Assembly (NCBI GenBank): GCA_964187785.1
Contig: OZ076409.1
Coordinates: 19,966,001-20,030,000 of the forward strand
Source: Amphiscolops sp. MND2022
Taxonomy: Eukaryota
Reading direction: 5' to 3'
DNA: 64,000 nucleotides
Position numbers and translations under genes: made by a program
Part shown: positions 57,301-64,000 of the stretch, piece by piece
How the letters are laid out: every line of letters starts with the position of its first letter
Position numbering within the stretch: position 1 is the first letter of the stretch
Notes under the pieces: model-generated
What the model was told of the DNA's origin: nothing
Seen by the model: the letters and a program-made list of their open reading frames with translations, nothing else
The model's database searches: none

Positions 57301-57452
57301 GTGCAATTCGGGATCATTGGATCCTACTAAGTCAAGATACAGTCCTTTTAATCTAAGAAGCAAGCAGTGTTCGGTAACGATCCGCAGTGCCGAGCACCGA
57401 ATTCAGGGCGGCGTAAAGTTTGGTCAATTGAAGGGATCAAGCAGCCGTTACA
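51365..57452 (+). mobile_element. BEL/Pao-derived LTR retrotransposon; LTRs 51365-52218 and 56599-57452 (854 bp)
   Basis: TG...CA LTRs with ~6 differences, 5-bp TSD CTCCC, PBS TGGTCCGCCGACCCGG at 52221, purine-rich tract before the 3' LTR, and C-terminal RPPVVRLAP motif. Confidence 0.92.
53034..56513 (+). CDS. 1159-aa ORF of the LTR element (first ATG 53124); Gag-like coiled coil, no intact protease/RT/IN motifs
   Basis: Long uninterrupted ORF with a Ser-rich plus coiled-coil segment like BEL/Pao Gag. Only vestigial FVVDD and LEVFADLSE. Confidence 0.7.
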   Translation: MLSLGKVTKSTRNYRVVRKPSVKHKEQSEQMKARKKEMLEVQHPRMTNVFDQRNTNQSQELMDLRSRDLENDSDWYVWRFYVDAVATQVGRLRTLIKELDDKLDEQGAILRKGELNDWVFEYRENKQALLYNVDLMLDLTNKEKQRQLNRSVTEWEEFFAELEASWGYWFPDVKTLMKGPKDETDKTKLRQEASGTSTNAAMRCTQTTKLKQSSFNPTKRNCSLEVASEMKSLAQSSRVTDEECRVVGASNPSDVIKSISDVKVLPEESNKGSVKATSRSNQTTASSKSSNAKRILLLELEAMKKQDEIDEQLAAARRKAEIRRKQHEIDTLTETLEIAKLEESARTKQIANREIELARNETQLKLTQSQKVTKQLQPCKVPQECYRTFKAISNSTKPLTGAELRGQNPHSRNNMNEVANKESHLRNNKEACFGRTDSKSIVGSHWRSNHKSVESSSMMRTVKQTQTERTSSKESSRYRNESLKRKDERMCKQEEMALLKALDCTTKGKCTVKKWKPEQMKCSDKCSNHGKLQEKTIKREALEDSNMTNAESDVNKETSKRLTAEWMRNWPEIFVVDDGWQDFHSKTLLVDTEQVLEEEIHLVMSEHLVVQTEETLEYTMTETMKEHRSLAFASNNETSEEMSVQLELLQVMVEVSTVLQDVRQGKLFQVTVFYDITLLLEEGNKCYEFVKSYDFVNEQRYTLPEDLNEIVMYQKLCHVAMKHEKPAKSNAKTETQVVNATFGKKTDFDFKESLLEETIPSHSSIWNPWNGNGNSGMDAVAQANVIDKTQLSKGHRKQLKKRSWKIEHNWNLIQEMEEGAQLNMNGTPQDDTLWLREFRDNSSVSRTEMCSLKVPTTASWSDGSCNGPAALFKTMWTRHGSFGKLEVFADLSEPVRNLDEKKLKFCGERSTVNLYKQKRKQNSTALQLFGENSDVATKNDVSVSKEQNAALRLSSQHKSPPIGCKESLEHKRKNSSRRNVGNSLYLLVMMMDDSIISSERQIESLSMERLENEHSLTYLPRGQSTLMRKYVAEQNLGSCLETFSTHLEIFSLDVEVIMEVELNVLKQFCIIPVKGSREKELVEHNKCRTSTIKFGIIGKTITSNETTVFWNILFYVNLSKTTVWSVKWIMSWRSIAVEKEHSKQLANKTTVQNFSERQR

Positions 57453-57952
57453 CTCCCATCAGAATCATTCGTTGCTTCAACTGTCAAAAGTTTGGACACC
57501 TTAGTGGAATCTGCAATTTTAAAACAGCCTGTAAGCATTGTAGCGAAGAATATAAATTGACAACTGCAAAAACAAAGGATCAGAAAGTAAGTTCTTAAAC
57601 TGTAAATGTACAAATGACACTGATCCACCTAACTGTCCGATTTGCATCAAACGAAAGCAAGTGGTTTATGACGCTCGAAGGCTTACAGTGGGAAACCTGA
57701 ACGATTGCCACGATGGATTCTGAAAGAAGAATATCATTCTTACAGATCAGTATTTGCGGCTTAAGCCACCATTGCAAACTTGCAATAGATGCGTATCTAG
57801 AGAAACATTAACCAGACGTGATTTTCTTGAATGAAACCAAAAAAAGTACCTGAAAATGCTTTTACAAACTATACAGCCCTAAGTAGTACTTCAAACGAGA
57901 TGGCCGGTGAAGTTGCTTTATTATTCCGATACAATGTGGCGCTCGCCCAAAT

Positions 57953-58482
57953 GGTCACAATTCATTTGGCTTAAATTCATTTGGCCTTATTTTTTCGTCG
58001 AGTCATTTGGCTTGAAACTTTTAAGCGAAAAGACCGCAAAATTACGCCAACTCCATTCCAACTCTTGGAATAAATAAGTCAACTCACGGAAATATCAATG
58101 TGGGCATATGCGGTGTATGCAGGCTCGCCCTCACCGTCGCAAAGACCAGCTCCCACTACGATCGCTTCGCGATCTCCGTTCCCGTTGGGTCTTTGCTCCT
58201 GTTCGACCTCGCCTAGCAAGATGGAACATAAGCGGCCCCAAGGGGCCGCGGGGCACTAGATGAAATGGGGACATATCCGAAGAGTGCTTGAAATGACATG
58301 TTATGATAATACGCTGACTACGTTATATTAAAAAACTCGACAAAATCTGCCACGTAAATTCAACTAAGTGAGTTTAAGCCAAAACCCGAGACACTTGGCT
58401 TGAAAAAATTAAGCCAAGTGACCAATTGTGTTAAGCCAAATGACTTTAAGCCAAATGGCATTAAGCCAAGTGACCCTTTACC
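57953..58482. mobile_element. MITE family A copy
   Basis: Perfect 8-bp TSD GCCCAAAT, TTAAGCCAA arrays and core-2. Confidence 0.85.
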
Positions 58483-61434
58483 GCCCAAATATAGGAATTG
58501 GATTTTGTGGCCGCAGCTAATATTCGTGGTCTGAAAATACTAACTACAACTGTCTATATAAAACCTGAGGATAGAGGTGGTCTAATTGAACTCATAAAAG
58601 AGCTTTATGTAAAAAGTCTTGAAGCATGTAAATCTTACGCAGATAAAAATCACATGGAGTGTGTTCTTTTCTTCGGAGACTGCAATGCCAGCCTCTATTA
58701 TTGGGGCGACCGGAAATGCAACGAACTCGGAAATGAACTACTAAGACTATTACCCACGTTCTCTATTCTAAACGATGGTGAACCTACCTTTGTCTCAGTC
58801 AATGGGCAAAGTGTAATTGATATGTGCATGTGCTACGGAAATTTCATTAACCAACACAATTACTCGCTTACCACTGACGTTGATACCTAACTCTTCACAG
58901 GAGCCCCTTCCAGAGGAAACTTGCCAGTGAAAGTTACACTTGTTAAATCGACAAATGTTTATTCTAAGGAGAAGCCATGGATTGAAAAAGCAATGTGGGA
59001 TGAATGGAGCGTGCATCTAGAAACGGAAATGCTCACTGGGAAGACTTCGGAAGATGCTTTAGAAATGTGGGAATCTTTCAAAAATTCATTAAGAGATGCC
59101 ACTCAATTTTTGATTCCTTAAAAAAAATTACGCAACACAGTAAACAATTCTGGTGCCCTGAGTTAACTATAGCCAGTAAGGAGCTTAGGCAGACCAGGCG
59201 GAAGTTTCGATATAAATCAAAACATGCCAATCTGAAAAATCTAGTGGAGGCGAAAGAAATTTTCAAACGATTTATCAGTGAAAAAGCGTCAGATTGGATG
59301 AAACGCTATTTGAAGGCCTTGGGGCACAAACGAGGCAAAGACTTTTGGGTATCCTACAAAAAGCTTTTCTCTGAAAGCAGTCCCCAAGTGGGCCTCATCA
59401 AGAATAAACAAGTGGAATTGCTGCCCTCAAAAAACGATATAGCAAAAGAATTCCAAGCGATTTTTTTCAGGGAAAACATTTGAAAACGGACAACTTCGAT
59501 GAATCCATGGCAAAAAGAGTCTCATGTTATCTGGACTCGATCAATGATACGTCTTAGAAAAATTCAGTGATCCTTTTACATAAGATGAACTAAAGGTATC
59601 AATAAAACAATCTTCAAACACCAATTTTTTCGACCCCGACGGTTTCCATGTCAGAATGATCAAAAATCTAGGACCCAACAGAGAAACATTCCCGCTGGAT
59701 ATTTACAATAGGTGTCGGGACCATGCAGTTTAGCCCTGGTCTCTGTCACGACTAGTGTTTATCAGGAAACCCAACAAAGACAGGTATGACGACTGCTCCA
59801 TCTACAGACCGTTATCCATTGCTAGTCATTTTGGCAAGCTGTTTGAGCGTATGCTGTGCAATAGACTAAACCATTTTCTAGAAAATAACATTGTGGTGGC
59901 TGACGAACAAGAAGGTTTTAGAAGAAATCGAAACACTGTCAGATCCTTATACAGGCTACATCTCAAACTAGAACAAGCAAGAATTACGAAAACACCGACT
60001 GCGCTACTCAGCATTGACCAAGAAAAGGCCTTTGACGGTGTGTGGATTGATGGCTTCCTGTATAAACTCAGACATAATCTTGTGAATGGCAAAATGTTCC
60101 GCATCATACGAACCTTTCTGAAGAACCGAGAGGCGATTATTTAGTTAGCAGACTATCTTTCGCCTGCCTTTAAAATAGACATTGGAGTCCCTCAGGGTAG
60201 CGTCTTGTCACCACTACTCTTTGTAATATTTCTGAACGACTTTTTAAATGACGACCCTTGTCACTACACATTCGCCGACGACAGTGCTATTATGATTCAA
60301 GGCATAAATGAAAGCGACATCTCTGAAAAACTTGAAGTATCTTGCAGGGAAATCGAAACTTGGTGCAACAAATGGTGAATGGGTGTGAATGGCTCCAAGA
60401 CAGAACTAATCATATTGAACTTCGAAAAACATCTCTGTTCCTATCCTAAACAATGAAGAATGTGCAATCACAAGAGTCACAAAATCACTCGGTCGGCTGA
60501 TTGATGATAAGCTGAGTTATATGGATCACGCCGAAAGAGTATGTAACAAAGCTAAACGTAGCTGGGACAATGCCTCGAGTGTCTTGGGATGTAAATGGAG
60601 CCTGGCAAATTCTGCTCTGGTTCTTCTCTACAAGACTATTATCGTCCCACAGCTTCTATATGCTGCTGCAATAGGGTTTGCGAAAAATAGGAATACTGTG
60701 CTAAGAGTTCAAAATCATTGCATCAGAACAATTTTTAGACATAGCTTCTCTCCTACCATCAGCACTTATGAAACTTTGTTGGGAATATCCCCAATTGACC
60801 TTTACAATGATGCCATCAAAGTTATATTTGTTATCAAGGTCATGAAAACCAAAGACTTGGTGAGTAATACCCACTCACTCTTCAGACACAATAGCAGAAG
60901 TAAATCTGCAGCATTGGCAGGCAAAATTTTTAAATTCAGAAAGTTCCTCGACGACGAAACTCTGACTGAATACAGCAAACGAGAAATAGACCAATTCATC
61001 GAACATAATTGGATTAGAAGATGGAGCAGCTTACAGAACAAAGGGCTCATGCAGCATCTACCCAACACACAGCCACAGGTGAACACCTGTTGCCCGTTGA
61101 TAACTGGAGACCCTTACATTGCAAGCAAAATCTGCGAGTTAGTTATTGGGAACTCCTTTGCTTTTTCCGAATATGCCTGGGAAATGTGGAAATGCGAGTC
61201 ACCATTGTGAATGTGTGGAAAGTCTGAAGACAATCTAAATCACCTTTCCTTCTGTTGCCCACTTTACAACGAGTTACGCCCAGATGTAACGACACTACAT
61301 CTAATGACGGAGACTGATTGTGAACAACTCAGAAACTACATTTTGAACGCAAATAAAATGAACATATAGACTAATGAACTGCTATTATTAACATCCTCCC
61401 GCAAACATGAAACATGGCTTTTTCATACAGAAAT

Positions 61435-61634
61435 NNNNNNNNNNNNNNNNNNNNNNNNNNNNNNNNNNNNNNNNNNNNNNNNNNNNNNNNNNNNNNNNNN
61501 NNNNNNNNNNNNNNNNNNNNNNNNNNNNNNNNNNNNNNNNNNNNNNNNNNNNNNNNNNNNNNNNNNNNNNNNNNNNNNNNNNNNNNNNNNNNNNNNNNNN
61601 NNNNNNNNNNNNNNNNNNNNNNNNNNNNNNNNNN
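61435..61634. other. Assembly gap (200 N)
   Basis: Run of N. Confidence 1.
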
Positions 61635-61719
61635 ATCTGGTTTTCTACTGTAGAATACCAGGTTGTAGAATTCTGGAATTGAAAAAAAAAAACAAAAAAA
61701 CAATAATGGAAGAATGATG

Positions 61720-61968
61720 CAAAATATAAAACGTGCCTCGGATATGCCCCATAGCCTCTAGGGTCCCGCGGCCCCTTGGGGCCGCTTATGTTCTCATCTT
61801 GCTAAACGAGGTCGAACAGGAGCAAAGACCCAGCGGGAACGGAGATTGTGAAGTGATCGTAGTGGGAGCTGGACTTCGCGACGGTAAAGGCGAACGTGCA
61901 TACACCGGATATGCGTCACATTTCAGATTTAGATCTTATTCCTTTAGATCTTAGGCGGTGGATGATCC
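61720..61968. mobile_element. Partial MITE family C copy (core-2 + TTAGATC repeats)
   Basis: Matches 51029-51220 followed by TTAGATCT repeats. The left part is missing. Confidence 0.7.
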
Positions 61969-62029
61969 AGTTTGCAAAAAAAACAATTCTACAAACTGGA
62001 CCACCTGGGTCCAGTTTGTAGAATTCAAC

Positions 62030-64000
62030 AAACTTGTATTCCACAAACTGGACCTAATTCAGAAGAACAAACACTCGAGCATGAACTCATCAAAACTCGT
62101 GAGATGATCAACGCAGGTGAATCACCAAAGAACATCAAGATAAGAGATCTAAAACTGAATGTCGAGAGCAAGCAACTTTTCCCTACAACCAACGAGGAAA
62201 AAAGAAATGACTACTTTTGAAAATCTTGCTCTTCAACCTCCGAAGCATCAAAACTCACCTGAGAAGGCTGACATTTTCTCAACATATTCTGGTCTCTAAC
62301 TTCAAATAGTTGTGTCTAACTGAAACTTGGCTTACACCGGACATGAAAAATGTGCTGAAATATTCCTGCCAAGTTATTCAATATTCCGAGGCGACCGGCA
62401 ATCTACAAATTCTTCAATTGAGCATGGAGATGCCTTGCTTGGAATCAAGACCAACATTTCCCACTTGCCCCTCTCCATGTTAACTACAAATCTACAACAA
62501 ACATGCTCAGCTGCGATATTTAGTCGTGGTTCATCATCTTTTTGCTGTTGTATATTCTACAATCCTCCTGAAAACAGTCCCTATAGACTGACCAAAAACG
62601 ACTTCGAAATTGCCATGAAGTTTTTAGGCGAACAGCGATATGATTGTTGGACAAATATGGATGATCTGAATATGTATAAAACAAATTGGTATAGTCAAAC
62701 ATCCGAGGACACTTTTCAGTCCGCAAATTTGGAAACAATTGACAGCAACAACCTCGCTCAAGCTGTGCATTTCAACACGACGAACTCTAGTCCTTTAGAC
62801 ATCGTATTGACCACTGCTACTGACCAAATCGGAAACATTCAAATAGACCAAGACTTCGAAACATCAACAGTTAAACCCAATAACAGACAATAAGACTCTA
62901 TTGATAACAATTTCGTTTGATGTAGACCTTCCCTAGCGTAACAACACAAAATTCTACAGCTTCTGTCGATGCAATTTCATATCATTGCATCATTAACGAT
63001 CCTCTTTAACGGATCATTAACGGATCTGACGTCATTAACGATCCTTTTTTACATAAATTGTATTCGAATATCGATGAAACGTTGTACGAATTGTATGACA
63101 GGGTCAACAAAACATTGCCCCAAACGCACCCAACACCGTTATTCGCTTCCACCTTGGGTAAGTTAGGAATCTTCAAACCTCATGAAGAATCTGCACACCG
63201 CAGAGAAGCTTCTGGAGAAATATACTTGCAATGAAGCTCGGAAACGAAAATTTGAGCTGATCAGGACCAAACTAAACGTGCGCTTTTCCGAAGACAAAAC
63301 TTGGTACGAGAACAAAATATTTCTCAATCGAGACACTGAAGAACTGTTCGGATATTTGAAAATACTTGGTAAAGAAATAACCACGAGTGAAATACACTGG
63401 AAATCAAATTAAGCAAGAACGTTAATCGACAAAGTCAACCTTTCCAACTAAAATTCCAGGTCCTTTTGGCCTTCGTTTTCCACTGAAACAGATGTTTGTT
63501 TTGTTCTGGTGTAGTGTACGCATTCAATTCGATAACGAAGCCATTCACAAACACCTCAGTGCTCTAAAGCTCCGCAAGAGTAAAGAGAGTGATTATTTTT
63601 TCCCCGCAAATTAACAAGAACTCTCTTCCAGAAATTATACCTTCACTACTAAATTTGTACAACAATTTTGTCCGGACCAAGACTTTCCCTACAATATGGA
63701 AACATGCGGGTGTTATTCCTGTCTTAAAAAAGATATCAGACTTCTAAACATTGAATTCAAACTTCTGGAGAAGATTATGCATGATACAATATTCCGATGC
63801 TTCATTGAATTCTGTAGCGACCGCCAATTTTGAATTCGACCTGGACGGTCTCCAGTTTTACGGATCCTCCAAACATTATTAACATTTCATGATTCATGGT
63901 CTCATGAAAATATATCCCTCATCCTTTTTGACTTCCAACAGGCGTTCGATAGTTTAGACCATGAAATCTCTTTTAAAAAAGCTTGTTCAAAATGAACTCC
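62030..64000 (+). pseudogene. Degenerate CR1/L2-like LINE (ORF1 end + APE/RT)
   Basis: EEQTLEHELIKTREMINAG..IKIRDLKL resembles the end of the 45290 ORF1. CLTETWL, YNPP and FDFQQAFD motifs are present with stops. Confidence 0.75.

Larger units (their letters stand above)
50640..61380 (+). mobile_element. Degenerate LINE with CCHC-knuckle ORF1 (I/Jockey/R1-like), interrupted by MITEs and an LTR element
   Basis: RCFNCQKFGH knuckle (57466-), then APE (FGDCN, VID) and RT (YRPLS, DQEKAFD, GVPQGSVLSPLLF, FADD) motifs and a C-terminal CCHC, with many stops. Confidence 0.8.

Noticed and set aside
61371..61703. ORFs spanning the N run
   Set aside because: Artefacts of the assembly gap.

Overview
AT-rich eukaryotic (metazoan-type) genomic DNA with spliceosomal introns; not prokaryotic, and no CRISPR or rRNA. 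Two host genes are supported. A 4-exon ZCCHC24 ortholog lies on + (89-3485). A minus-strand single-pass membrane protein with two tandem C*C*CC*CC (Shisa-like/STMC6) modules has three exons between 14882 and 24698; its first exon was not located. The rest is a dense, deeply nested transposon landscape. It includes hAT, Tc1/mariner and CMC-like MITEs, Helentron-type non-autonomous elements (HINE-like) carrying tRNA-like Pol III boxes, a Helitron-type Rep remnant preceded by a USP-like peptidase remnant, and a FLYWCH-MULE transposon. Several Mutator-like MITE families have different repeat-array TIRs but share structured internal cores. There are several LINEs, a young BEL/Pao-derived LTR element with a 1159-aa ORF lacking intact enzyme motifs, and a Penelope-like element. 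The Penelope element has hammerhead motifs in its pLTRs and a PHD finger inserted in-frame inside the RT palm. All family assignments come from motif recognition by eye; no searches were run.
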